Shown here in pieces: positions 26,587-40,098 of a stretch of 64,000 nucleotides of DNA; position 1 is the stretch's first letter; each line of letters starts with the position of its first letter. A program made the translations under genes and the position numbers. A model generated the notes under the pieces. That model was not told the origin of the DNA, searched no databases, and was given only the letters and a program-made list of their open reading frames with translations. This DNA comes from Marsupella aquatica (lineage: Eukaryota; Plantae; Marchantiophyta): contig OZ316898.1 in the NCBI GenBank assembly GCA_973895155.1, positions 8,357,079 to 8,421,078 of the forward strand. Reading direction: 5' to 3'.

Positions 26587-26856
26587 ATAAGATCCTTCTT
26601 CGGCAGATACGTGAGACAGTCGATGGACAGTCAGATACCTTAAGAAATTCTCATTCGTGAGCTATGTGTAATTGCAATCTAACTATAACTATCTTATGAT
26701 TCAAAAAGTGAGAATAGTACTATATGTGACTGCAGGTAGAGATCCACCCAAAAGCCCTGTATTGGAGATTATTGAAATAAGATCCTTCTTCGGCAGATAC
26801 TTGAGACAGTCGTTGGACAGACCGCTACCTTAAGAAATTCTCAATCCTGAGCTATG
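26587..26856. repeat. ~80-bp direct repeat pair 190 bp apart
   Basis: AATAAGATCCTTCTTCGGCAGATAC.TGAGACAGTCG.TGGACAG...TACCTTAAGAAATTCTCA.TC.TGAGCTATG at ~26587 and ~26777. Confidence 0.85.
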
Positions 26857-27470
26857 ACACAAGCAGACGAGGGTGCTCCTATGATCTCACTATTTCATAC
26901 ATCTGGTGGGTTTAACTTCTTCGATAGTATTTGAAAGCTGTCGACTAGAAGCGTTTCGCTCAAGCTCAAGAACCGTTTTTCCCAACATTGTTTGACAGTC
27001 TTTGAAATTTACAAATCCTCTGTAAACCCCTGATCAACGATTATCACCCTGAATTCTGAATTCTGACGTTTGAAGTCAGTCAACCCGTGTTGTGTGATTG
27101 TTCACCAAAATTGTCTTTTGGAGGCTTTAAACAGAACTTCTTTGCTCTTTTTCCCCCCTGCTGGATCTAGCACAGTAATTATGGCACAGTAATTATGGTG
27201 TGATTGAATACATCATCACTAGCTCACCGTTCTTGGGGAGCTCCCAGTGAACGATCAAAAGAGGGTACACAGGACATCGTCTCTTGTGAATGCTTCAAGA
27301 TAGTGTCTTCGTAATTGAAAATTAGATGGTGGACACTCGTGGATGTTTCAAGACTGCTCTTCTCTCTAGATTGTGCGACCAGAGAATGGCTCCCAATGCT
27401 ACAACAGTGTACAAGTCGTTCCTTTAACGGGGTAATCCTAGGCAGAGATAGGACAATTGGAGGAAGCTAT

Positions 27471-29083
27471 TTAGATTGGAGACTCAAATTCCATCTCAAC
27501 TTTGTTGTCCTGATCTATAATGTTTAGGAATATTGGATCAACCTTGATATCACTAATGACGTGCACCTGCAACAATCAAACGCAACAATAAACATGAGGT
27601 TTATTCGGGCCCAGGAAAATCCCCTCACCGAGAGTAATTAAGTGGTAGAAAAATTTGGCTAGATTGCTGCCTTCAAATAGCTCTATCTGAGTTGATTTGA
27701 GACATAGAGAAGCCCCATTCCATTGCCCAACAATACAGATTTGATTTTATATTGTATGATAGAAGAAAATGTTGCATTTCGATCATGATCGTAATAGACA
27801 GCAACGAATTACCTCAAAGTTGTGAGTCCATTTCCACAACCGGGCACGGCCTGCTATTGTAACTACTGAGCGGAGACTCATTTCTCTCTTCGCGACGTCC
27901 TTGAAGAGATCCGTTATGTGATTGCTCATCTCCAGTCCATCTAGCTTGCAAGGCACATCGAGCACATGCGAAGACTTTGCATCTTGACGTCCCTCTTTAA
28001 CCTGCACACCAATCCTCTCTTGTTAACGAAAGATAGCTAACGGCCAAAAATCTTATCACCCTGAAGGTTCCATGGTTTCTCCGGACACTATCAGTTCCTA
28101 GCTCTAGCATTGAGTCAGTCAATAGCTCATGTCTACTCCTTACTCGGCATTTAATCGGTCATGCTACGCCCTCTGCAATGGCACTACGCAAAGAGGCCTA
28201 ATGATACCACCTCTTCCACAGTGTAACGACAATCCTCTGTTTCTTCTTCAGAACATACACTAAAAGAATCCACTTGAAAATCTGTTCCTAGATCCTCACA
28301 TATTCCTTCAAGCGATCCGTCACCAACAGGACTTTACGGTGTCCCTTCACTTTGGGCAAAGGAAGCTTGCCACGGAGATAGATGTAAGCTGAAAAATTGC
28401 ATCAGAAATCACTTATGGCGAAATCTGGACCGAGAGAGCAACTTATTGGCAGCATCCAAGGCAGACATTCTAGCGAAGAAATTGCTAGAAGAGAGAAGAA
28501 ACATAAACTTAGGCAAAAGAATTATTTCTCGTTGCAAACAATGCACTTTGCACAAAAAGATAGACACAGAAGAGAGACTTCTGAACTGAGCTCGGGAGAA
28601 TTCGCCCAAAAAGCTTCGACTCAGAAGCAACACACACACACACAAATAACTGTGGGGAAATGCGTAAACCTGGGCTTGCCCGAGAAGATGATCCCTGTAA
28701 TAAATATCCATGATAGTTGACGTATATTCTATTGGTGCCACGTTATTATTGGTGACTTTGATCGATAGTGTAAGTTCCACGTCAACTACAGCCATAAGCA
28801 TAGGAGAGTCTGTGCAAAACCGTAGGTTGAAGCCCTTCAAACGAATGGCAACGACCTCAAAGACTGGGTCCCTGGGCCGGTTGCCATACAGCCATGCACC
28901 GGTTCCTCCTGCAACTACACCCGCACCCCACACCATCAAAGCCATCACTCCTCTGTTTCCCGGACATTTCACTTGCCTTTCTTGATTTTCGTCTCGTGCT
29001 ACTTCGTCTCCCCACCCCTTCAACACCTCCTGCCGGCTGCTATTACTGTCGCCACCAATGCCCTCGCTCCTAGTAGGATTCAT
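27471..29083 (-). CDS. LEA_2 (late embryogenesis abundant / NHL-like) domain membrane protein, ~232 aa, 3 exons
   Basis: Exon 29083-28670 (TM segment, RPRDPVFEVVAI..VTNNNVAPIEY..YRDHLLGQAQ). Exon 28001-27813 (LDGLEM..DVAKREM). Exon 27566-27471 (VHV..VDPIFLNIIDQDN..TAA). All junctions phase 0, GT-AG. Confidence 0.9.
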
Positions 29084-29644
29084 ACGCGCTACCAAAGCGA
29101 ATTTCGACACGCAAACTGGGGTTCAGGTCAAGTTCTTTTTCATGGAGAGAGGTTTCTTCACGACCAGGGCCGGCTGTGTCTTTCCACCGGCTCAACCAAC
29201 AGCTACTCGGGCCACTTCATGGAGTCAAAACGACAACTGAATTAAATGCATGAAAAAAGGCGAAGCATTTTGCGCACAATGCTGACAAGCTCCACACTCC
29301 GCCAAGATTACGAGCGTTCTCCGGAGCCTACTAGATACCCGAACAGCGGAGATCCCGATGAGACCAGCCACGTTACACTCAAGACGATTCTCCACCTGTA
29401 ATAATACATGGAGAAGTCGATCGAGGACGGGTCGAGAAAAAGCTTTGCCCGCTCGTCTCAATCGCCTCAATCACAATCCAGCGATGCAATCTTTCAACAA
29501 ACGAGGCGACAGCAAAGGAGCGACGGGACGAGGGGATGAAATTTAGTGGAGACAATAATGGCTATGGCAGCAGGCACGCTCTCGAGCAGAGCAGCACCAT
29601 GGGAGCAGAGCAGCAGCACCATGGAAGCAGAGCAGTTTCTGCGC

Positions 29645-29733
29645 GTCGCAGCGAAAGTGCATTTTATTATTACTTTGTAGATAGATGCAGTCGCAGCGAA
29701 AGTGCATTTTATTATTACTTTGTAGATAGATGC
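29645..29733. repeat. 45-bp perfect tandem duplication upstream of the LEA_2 gene
   Basis: GTCGCAGCGAAAGTGCATTTTATTATTACTTTGTAGATAGATGC x2. Confidence 0.9.
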
Positions 29734-30742
29734 TCATTCAGCCTGATTGTCAACACTGCCTACATTTTTCATGCCTCAAGGGATTCTAGGCAGCTTCCCT
29801 TGCTTGACCCTCCCATAAGTTCACTCCTTATCCTCCCATGAGCCTCCAATGCTCTACATTCCTGTGCTCTACCAGGCTCTTCAGTTTGCTCTAACTTAGA
29901 GCCAACTTGCATATTCGGCCCTCAAAGTGCAAGATGTCATCATGAGAACTAAAGATGCTCCCATGCCGTAAGCACCTCATTAGGCAGGCCGACGGCAGGT
30001 CTTGTGGGGTCCGAAGTGCAGGGGCTAGAAAGTTTCCTGCCCTTGCAGGTCCCCGACCTCAAGCTCTGTAATAAAACAAAAGCTATGAAACACATGTACT
30101 AGTGAAAGGAAGTCCCAAGAAGAAGATATTGTTGGAACAAGATATTTGCTTTCATCTGAACATTGAGGGAGTGCTTAGGGCAGTAAAACATAAGGCCTCT
30201 CACATGCAAGTTGGGCCTTAGGGTCTTAGGTTGGGTTCTGCATTTTTTGTGGTGGGCCTCTTTGACCTTCTCCTGAACTCTACCAGGCTCTTCAGTTTGC
30301 TCTAACTTAGGGTCTTAGATTGGGTTCTACAATTTTTGTGGTGGGCTTTTGTTCTGCCCACCCTTTTTGCTGCCCCCCCCCCCCCCACCCTTGATTGGGC
30401 CCTTCGCCTGTGGGACCCCTGTCCCCTGTTGGGCGCCTTTTGTTTTTTGGCAGGTTGTTATATATGACTCAAGGTTTAGAAACAAATAATCCTTTAGAAA
30501 CTTGCCCATGCCCTCTTAGTTTGAGCTATGATTTCTAAACTAGCCCTCCTTCATATTAATCTACAATACAATGCTCGGAACTATGTTTAGGGAGTACACA
30601 CAAAAAACACCTTGCCCAGGGTTTTATTAATACTCACATACATGGAAGATTACATGCTAAGTATTCACACTTCTTTGAGAATTATAGAAACCATCCATAA
30701 TACATAATACAGCCTTAACCATTGATGATATTCAGTCTGATA

Positions 30743-30837
30743 AAACCATGATTGATTTGTACAACAAAGGTAGCAAACCATGATTGATTTGTACCACTAA
30801 GGTAGCAAGCCATGATTGATTTGTACCACTAAGGTAG
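30743..30837. repeat. 32-bp tandem repeat x3
   Basis: AA(A/G)CCATGATTGATTTGTAC(A/C)AC(A/T)AAGGTAG(C). Confidence 0.9.
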
Positions 30838-30989
30838 TTGGGGAGTTGCATAATTGATGACAAACTCCCCAGTAGCAATCTGAACTGTTTCTAACATGTC
30901 ATGAAAGCAATCAGAACAACAGCAAAACGACCTTCTTATCAAAGAACTAGATTAAGGATATTAAGATATATGAAAGATAGCCCAATGCA

Positions 30990-31920
30990 TGAAAGATGTT
31001 GAACAAGATAAATGATGTCAAAGTGAACAAAAGAAGTTGAGGTGATAAAAGATGTCAAGGAGAGAAAATTTGTCCAGGTGAGCAAAAGATGTCAAAGAGA
31101 GAAAAAAGATGTCAAGGTGATAAAACATGTCAAGGAGATAAAAGATGTCCAAGTGAGCAAACGGTGTCTAGGTGATAAAGAAGGTTGAGTCCGAGAGAAA
31201 AGCTTTCAAGGTGATTGAGCAAAAGATGTCAAGGTAAGCAAAAGATGTCGAGGCGAGAAATAGATGTTGAAATGAGAAAAAGGTTTCAAGGAGACAAATA
31301 TGTCAAAGTGAGAAAAAGATGTTAAAAATGAGAAAGATATGTTGAGGAGAGAAAAAAATTGAGGAGAGAAAAAATGTAGACGTGAGCTTTAAGGGGTTTA
31401 ACTAAGTGTATATTTTGGGCTACCATGCAATCCTAACCTAATATGAATAGTCCTATTTTATAAAAACATATTCCAAGAATATTCTTCATTTTCAATATTA
31501 ATAACTTATTTTACTTTATAAAATGCATATATTAGAGAATATTCTATAAACGTTTCTTTTGTCTCCTACCCTTTTAAAAATTTAGTTAATTTTTATCAAA
31601 CATTCCTATTTTGGATCGCATGTGATTCCTAAGACTTTTGATAGTCAACCGCTCGAGCGCGAGCTGAGGAGATAGAAGAATATTGAGATAAGCAAAAGAT
31701 GTTTAGGCGAGGCAAAGATGTCAAGGCAAAAGGAAACAAAAATGTTTAGGCAAAGTTAAATGTAGGTTGCATTGAGACAAAGATTTGGGATGATGTGAAC
31801 GTTTTGAGTCAAAGCAAAGAAATACAAAAAGATCCAAGTGAGCCAAAGAAATGTAGATAATGCAAATTAATGCAAGCAAGGCAATAGAGATGAGGGGGCA
31901 TGTCAAGCAAGACATGTCTT
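30990..31920. repeat. Degenerate purine-rich ~20-bp minisatellite (AAAAGATGTCAAGGTGAG), interrupted by a MITE
   Basis: Dozens of imperfect AAAGATGT(C/T)(A/G)AGG(T/A)GA(G/T)A units. Confidence 0.8.
31387..31657. mobile_element. Second, more diverged copy (reverse orientation) of the 6493-6778 MITE
   Basis: TAACTAAGTGTATATTTTGGG...TTTTGGATCGCATGTGATTCCTAAGA..TTTTGATAGTCAACC is the reverse complement of the 6493 copy. Confidence 0.85.
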
Positions 31921-34333
31921 GTGGAAAAAAAATGTTGGGAGCTTGATCTTCTGGGCCTTCATCAAGGATGCATTTTCAAAGAGATTTTCTAAGAGAATGT
32001 TGGAGGTATAGATGGAATAACAAATTTGGGACCTATTTTTTACAAAATGTAAAACAAATATATAATCAAAACATGTAAAAAGAGTTGACTTTGCTTCTGC
32101 ATTTTATTTTATTTTGGATGAGATGTTGTTTTATTGTAAAAACTATATTGTTGTGAAAACTATATTGTTGGGGAGAGCAAGGATGTGGGAGGGTGAGAGG
32201 GAGTGCAAGAGAGATGATGGCCCTTAGGTGCTTTGATACTATTGGGAGAGGAATATTTTCTTTTTTCTCTCTCCCTTTTTTTTCTATTTTGTCACTCCTA
32301 TGCTACTCCATTCCTCTTTTTATTTCTTACATTGGCACCATTAAATAAACAGAAAAAATGTACAATTAAATATAGAGAAGAAAAAAGGAGCAAAATTAAC
32401 CCAATTTCCTTCCTTCTAGAGTCTCATAGGCTATGCAAAAATCCAAAAATTTATCATGCCCCAAAAGATTTTCCTTCCATTAGTGTGGACTTTCATACTT
32501 AAAAAAAAAGACACATTTAAGATGATCAGATGATGTCACACTAGTATCTTCTCATATAGGATGTCAGATAAGTATCATCTCATATATTTTGTATTTATTT
32601 TTAGATTAAATAAATATATCATTTGACATACCTGGTCAATCAATTCAAGAGCACAAAATAATCTTTGAAAAAATCTAAGTGCTTAGGTTTGTTCCCTCCC
32701 TTTCTGAAATTGTAAGCAGACAAAGAGCTTTTTGGAGGCATTGCATATCATATAGAAGTACATTTTGATAAGATAGCTTTAGTTGGAGGTGGTGGGAGCA
32801 GAATGGCTCACATCAAGGAATTTGTCCACACTGCACACAAAAAACTTATATTTTGTCCAAATAACAAAATGATATCAATCTGGAAGCTGTCTGCTGTCAC
32901 TCAAATTCTATTATCAACTTGTCTAGTTTCTCACTAATCCATGACAAATTTTTATCCTAAAACTTCTTAGCATATTAAACTAGAATGTAGACAGTTGAAA
33001 AAAATTCAAAGAACAATTCTGACCTGTTCACAAAACAGTGTTTATTTTTGCAAGTCTATTGTAGCTTGCACTAGCAATTGACTCCATTCTAAAGTCAAAA
33101 TGTCCTGAGTATCTTCAATGATGTCTTTCAACTCTCTATTTGTGAAACCCTTATGAATTGCCAAAATAGGCATCACTGGAAGCACCTAGTAAATCCAAGA
33201 AACCATGACAGGAAACAATGGGAGAAAATGACTGTTAGTAGCCTCCATGATGAGTTTGATTTTTGTCATATTCTCTTCTGTTTGGAAGCCATTGTGTAGC
33301 TTTTGAAACAGCATTTTACACTCTGCAACAATGTCGACTTGCGTAGCTCAAAATCCAACATCTTGATAAGTAGCTTTTAATCTCCCACCAACATTCTATT
33401 TTGCTAACCTTCCTTACTCCAATCCTGAAGAATTTTTTTAATAAGAATTCTATGATATTTTTTTTATAGTATTCTAATGCTTGATCATTTAAATGTTGAA
33501 TTGATGCTAAATAAATGACCAGATTGAACAAAGCTTGAGTATAAATGCCAAATGGCAAGACCTTGTGCCAGACTATTTGGTTTCAAAAGGAGATAACTAC
33601 AGAATTGGGAAGCATCTAAAACAAATTTGGAAAAATATGACACAGTAGTTTAATTATATTTCATACCTCCTAAATTTGATAGCAATGTTGTGAAATCCAT
33701 TTCCAGCATTTCAAAGGAATCAAAACAAATCATAGCCCTTGACCATTCCAAGGGGAAATTGTTTTTCAAGAGCATATTTTCCTTAGGCTCAGATACTAGT
33801 ATTGCTTCACAATCAGCAACAACGTCAGCTGATAATTATCTCACAGTCTGAGACAGACACTGGACTTTACTGTCAGGCTCAACACCAGTTTTGTCAAGAA
33901 ACATTGCATCTATCTTTGTCATTGATGTTGGAATAACAAAATTATCAAATCTCCTTCAAAAATAGTGGAAGTTCAACTATGAAGCAGATCAAGAATAGTG
34001 AGACTCAACTACAGTAAATTTTAGGCATTTTGGCTAAAAACATTCTACCTCAAGTCATCATCAAACATACAAATGGTCGTGATTTGCTATCCTAGACGCG
34101 TCTCAAACCAGAAATAATGGCGACTCCCGGGCGTACTGAGTTTTGAAGTGAGGATCGTTCTAGATCATCTTGAAAGTGCAATTGACCGAGTTAGGGTAAG
34201 CCCTCTTTGGCCACCCAATCTTGAACAAATCTCTATGTCAAGGCTGTATAGTCCTCCATTTATGTGCACTGGAGATAAATGCAGGCCAATCATTAAGTTT
34301 ACTAAAATTATAGTTTTTTTTCTCTATAAATGC

Positions 34334-34633
34334 TGTAGGATCGAAACAGACAGCATGACGTCTCATCATCATCACTCATATAACACTCAAGTACACCAAC
34401 ACAAAGATATATGGTTCACCTTGTTAGGGCTATGTCCATCGCCGCACTAAGAACTTCAAAACTCAAAGTTTTTAACTACACTTTTTATTGAAAACTCAAA
34501 GTTCTCAACTAAGTTGTCTTTCTCCATGGGATACAAAGAGGGTTATCCCTTTATGAAGAGTCTAGTTAACTAATGTTAACTTCGGTTAACTTACTCTAGT
34601 TAACCTAGCCAAGGTTGAGTCAAAACCCTAACA
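34334..34633. mobile_element. Solo LTR (300 bp) with perfect 5-bp TSD
   Basis: TGTAGG...CCCTAACA flanked by AATGC on both sides (34329-34333, 34634-34638). Contains CACAAAGATATATGGTTCACC..GGCTATGTCCA, similar to the copia LTR motif. Confidence 0.85.
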
Positions 34634-36019
34634 AATGCTACCAAAAGTGCACAGTTTATATATCTGCATATTGACCCGCCGCTAAACAAAAAATATACAA
34701 GTGCATTTTATTCTATAAATGCACACATGCATTATCACTTAATATCTTGCACACATTAGAAGCTAGCATTTATTGATAATGTGGGGGATGATGATATAGA
34801 GATGCTATTATAATGATGGTCTTATAATTATGTTAGTGCCAACTTGGCTGTGTGTATAGACCATGTTATTTTAGTACTGGTAATAAGTTCCATTGTACCA
34901 GATTTAGAGTACTAATAAGTTTAACTAGTTTATGAAATAGACGCTATCCCATCGAATTAAAATGTATTGAAACAATTACTCTAAAAAAATGAAAGAAAAA
35001 TGCACACCTCTAAAGTGAGGAGAGGGGCGGTACTTTCTGGGTGACTGACAAGTGCATTAAATTGAATATATAAGTTAAATGTACCTTAGGGGTATACACT
35101 AATTTTGTATTCTATTTTAAGACTAGTTTGAGAGCCTCTCTATTTAGGTGACACGTCTTAGTGTATAAACCATAAACATTGGAAAAGTTTTTGACAATTG
35201 GATATATAACACAGTGAATCTTCTGGTTGGGTCCACTGAGTCTCGTGAGATGAACCTTGTCACCTATAATGAAGAATATTACATACAAAAATTATTAGGA
35301 AAAAATAAAAATTTAGCATATGAATATATATGTATAAAGCTTAAAGACTTGAAAAATAAGAGGGGTAGGAGAAATAGCGAAATTGAAATTAATAAAAAGT
35401 GAAAGCAAAAACTAGACCCATCTATATATAATACATAGCCATCTCTTCTAATCAGACAAGATAGGGAGAAGGTGTCCCGCCATTTAGCATGATAGCCAAG
35501 CTTAAACCCTGACTAAAGACCACTCTCATGCTATTGGCTAGAAGGGTGAAGAGGTACTTGCTTTCCATTATTTTTAAGCCCTTTGGCCCCATACTCTCGT
35601 TCCTTTGTTTTGTTGTGGAGACTTAAAAATTTCCCATTAGAAGGGTTGCCACTTTACCTCTCAATTGTTTCCATCTTGCTTCAGGGGAAAAATGCAGAAA
35701 TGTTTCCGACCAACTTTTAATGATTTTGGGCATGTCTGTGCACACAATTTTCATTAGCATACCATCAAAAGTAGCAATTTAACAAAACTCCCTTTCTCAT
35801 AAGGTAAACATATGACTCCAAGCCAAGACCCCAGAACTGAATACTGTAAAATATTTTACACCCCTTCCTTTTTTATCTTACTCAGAAAGCCCAAAGGGGA
35901 AGCTTCTAGAGTGAAGTCTCTAGACCAGTACTCTAGGGCCCAACCAAAATAAATGTGCATGTAACAAAGATGTGCATAGAGTGTATTATGTATGACACGA
36001 GCTCAATACCAGTGCGTTT

Positions 36020-37190
36020 CACAAAAGAAGTCGTGTCGGCCAAGATGTCGTTGAGAAAAAAGAGATGTCGTGTCAGCCAAGAGGTCGTGGAGAGAAAAAA
36101 TGTCGTGTTGGCCAAGAGGTGGTTGAGAGAAAAAAAGTCGTTGAGAAAAAAAGATGTCATGTTGGCCAAGAGGTTGTTGAAAAAAAAGTTGTCATGTCGG
36201 CCAAGATGCCGTTGAAAAAAAGATGTCGTGTCGGCAAAGACATCATTGAGAGAAAATGTGTCGTGTCGGCCAAGACATCGTTGAGGGAAATTACCCATGC
36301 ATTGCACAAAAGATGTCGTTAAGAAAAAAAATGTTGTGTTGCCCAAAATATCATTAAAATAAGGATATCATGGCGCCCAAGATATTGTTAAGAAAACAGA
36401 TGTTGTGGCGCCCAAGATGTCACTAAGAGGAAAGTATTGTGGCGCCCAGAATGCTCTTTAAGAGAATTATATGTTGTGTTTCCCAAGAATGATGTTCTTA
36501 TGTGAAAAATGTCATAAAGTAAAAAGATGTTGTTATGAAAAAGAAGTCATTTTGCCAAAGATGGCATGTTGCCCAAAAGGTCATCAAGTAAAAAATTGTG
36601 TCAAATATATAAGTAGATGTCATGTCCCCAACGATGTCGTTATGCCAAAGATGTCGTTAAGTATTAAGATGTTGTTAAGTATGAAATGGTCAACAGATAA
36701 AGTATGTCATTACTAAACGATGTTATGAAGTAAAAGATGTTGTTAAGTACATATCGGGCCTGATACCTGTGCATTGCACAAATGATGCATGTTGAGGTGA
36801 GAAAATATATCAAGGTGAGAAAAGATGTCGATAAGAGAAAAACATTTTGAGATTAGAAAAATATGTCAAGGAAAGAAAATATAACAAGGTGAGAAAAAGA
36901 TGTCATATTAGAGAAAAACATTAGGAGGTGAGAAAAATAAGTCAAGGAGAGAAAAGATGGTGAGATGAGAAAAAGATGTCAATATGAGGAGAAAATGTTG
37001 AGGGTGAAGAAAGATGTTGTGGTGAGATAAAGATGACCAGGTGAGAAAAATATGGCAAAATGAGACAAATATATTATATATGTTGAGGTGAGAAAAGATC
37101 TCAAGGTGAATAAAATATGTCAAGATGAACAAAGATCTTGAGGTGAAAAGATATTATATGAAGAAAAGATGTCAAGATGAGAAAATATTT
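36020..37190. repeat. Degenerate minisatellite block (~35-bp AAAAGATGTCGTGTCGGCCAAGATGTCGTTGAG units grading into ~20-bp AAAAGATGTCAAGGTGAG units)
   Basis: Periodic GATGTC/GCCAAG cores are directly visible. Confidence 0.85.
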
Positions 37191-40098
37191 TATCTATATT
37201 TTATTTATATTTGAAATTATTTCAAAATAATTAGAATTTTAAATTTATTAATAAATTTAATATAATTTTGATTAATTTTTTCAATTGTGGCAGGTATGGG
37301 AAGATTAAAGGGTAGCTTGGGCAGGAACTTATTGTTAGAAGGGGTGTATGGATAGATCTTAAAGTGTGGAAAAAATTATGTTTTGATCAACATTCAAAAC
37401 TGATTGTCACTTTTTTTAGTTTGTAAAGGGACCTGATCAGGATTATACTGGTACATGGTAAAGGGAGGTCTCCTTGATACTTTTGCATTGCTAGAGACCC
37501 TCCTTATTTTGTTTGTACTATTAAATTCATTTTGTGCTTGGAAACATTGCTCTCCATTTTCATTCACAAAAGAAATCACTCTTTCATGTTTTTTATTTTT
37601 GGAATATTGCAAATTTGAATGACTACTATAATAAAAAAAAGTAACATTTGATTATAGCTTTTGATATGGTCTTTGTAATCTAACCTATTTTTAATTAACC
37701 TATTTTAATTAAATTACTATCATTATTACATTTTGCAATATTATAATACTTGCAATAATATATAGTCTCATATATATTATGTACTTTTGTATTTCATGTG
37801 TATACCTCCTTGATAGTCATGCATGTACATTCATTCTCTTATTTTGTGTGCCCCATTGGTTCTAGCATTGGTTCCCTACTTTTGTGTCTCCCATTTGATT
37901 CCCCGTTTGTTTGGAATGTATTTATTATCTTTTGGTGCACACTAAATCTAATATAACCTTTATTCCTTCTCTTTGACATGATTAATGTTTTTTGGAATGA
38001 CGACCATTTCATAAAAAGGCGCAACTTTGTATATTTAGTTTAGGATGTTGACTGGTACTCTAGGGCCCCACCAAAATAAATGTGCATGTAACAAAGATGT
38101 GCATAGAGTATATTATGTAGGACATGAATGAGAGTATATGTGCATATAACGAAGATGTGCATAGCATGATGGTGTGTTATGTATGACATGAATAATTGAT
38201 TTTTTATCATTTCATTAATATTTAAAGAATGGGAATGGGGAATATATCTTATTTATAAAGCCCCAACTACAAGCTAGAGTTGGGGCCTAAACTTCTAGAG
38301 TGAAGAATTCCATGGCTCATCATGTGGATGGGAAACTCATGAAATGATGGATGTAAAATAATAATCAGACATACTTTTGTTATGATTTCTATTTGCATGA
38401 CATGGCCCCACCATAACATATGTGCATAGAAAAGAATATGGTATGTTATGTATGATTATTAAAATGATGACATGTATGATGGTTTTTTTGTCATTTCATT
38501 AACCTTTGAAGAATGTGAAGAAGGAATATATTTTGGTGACATTTTTATTGTCATCCCCTCTATTCATGTTCAAAGAATGGGTAGTCGGGGTTAGTTTTGT
38601 TAAATCTCATTGCCCTCTTCTCTACATATTTTGTTACATTTCATTGCCCTCTTCACTACTCAGCCAATACTCAGGCTACCTTCCCCTCAGAGGGACATTC
38701 AAAAGTTCAAAATCACACTCAATTTCCAAAATAAGTGTCTTTGTTTTTGACCTTTCTTGGATCTGAAACTTTTCAAACAACAACCCTTCCATCTCCTCCC
38801 TCGTGCATCCCCTACACTTTTAAATGCCCTCCCTTCACCTAGCAGGCAAAACCTACAATCTGAGCACCCGAGAAATAGCTATGATCTTCATATTTTGCAC
38901 ATCCCCTATATAGTCTGTCTCATTAGAGCAACTCCAACTCATACCTATCTTGGACATAGGCCCAATGATTTTGCGATTTTGTTTGTTAAGGGAAACCAGG
39001 TGGAATAATTCTGGCCTTTGATAAAAGCATGGTGGCTCATACACGAGGCACTTTTCCATCAATCTCCACACTAGATAATTGTGGACATACAGCAGAGGCC
39101 TTTTAGCATGTTGACTGAATCTTATAGAATAGTCACTCTGTCAGTTAATTGACTTCCTGAGCAGGTTTTGTGATCTCTTCCAACACCTTCAGGTTTCAGA
39201 AATTTTTCTGGAGAAGTTCGACGTATCCAGACAATTTGCTTCCTTTGGCGGGACTGAAGGCAAAATCAGTGAAACTTCAGTGAAACCGGAGCGAACATTT
39301 GTAAACTTGAGACATGAAAGAGTAACACGTCTTTAATCGGCATCGTCCTTCTCGTCAAGAGTGTCCCAACTGCAGGGCCCACATAATTGCAACAGCCGGG
39401 AGCACAGAACCTCTTGAGCAGATGGGAAATTTTCATAAATTGAACAATGTGACTCTGCCATACATTTCAACGACAATCGAAAGGAAGGTGTACACGTGAC
39501 GCGGTTGTGTTGAACCCACATCCACTTTGTGCAACCTTTGTGACGGTCACTGTGTACAAGATGCATGTGAAAGCCACAGCAGAAATAGCAACGATGCCAT
39601 CTCAAACTATCCTATCTCAAACTCCGAGCTTCTTGTTTTGAGAAAATACTTAGGTGCATGGAATGAAGTACCTTGGCTGCGGCACCCATTGTTTCATGAG
39701 CTCTTTAATCACAAGCTTCAGGGCTAACTTGAATATGTAGGCAGACCACCGAAAAAACTCACTCTGTAATATCACAACCAAGTGCAACATTGAATGTGGG
39801 CTCTTGCAGCCTGCACTGGTCTTAGATCAAGAAATTTCTTTTCAGCAAAATTCTTCTCATCACAGTGAAATGTGTTCCGGTAGCAGGATCATTGCTTGAA
39901 AATAGGAAAACTCATCAGCTTATCCCTGTTACACTTATATAATTGACTACTGTCACAAAGTTTTTAAATGCGGACTAGAAAGCTCTGCACATAAGAAATT
40001 TGGACACTATAAACCTTTCCGGACTGCCAGAATTGGGAAAAATATGCTAATCTCCCAAATCCAGATGGACAATGCACAGGATTACTACTACACCTACA

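Noticed and set aside
35933-36346. 137-aa and overlapping ORFs
   Set aside because: Translation of minisatellite.
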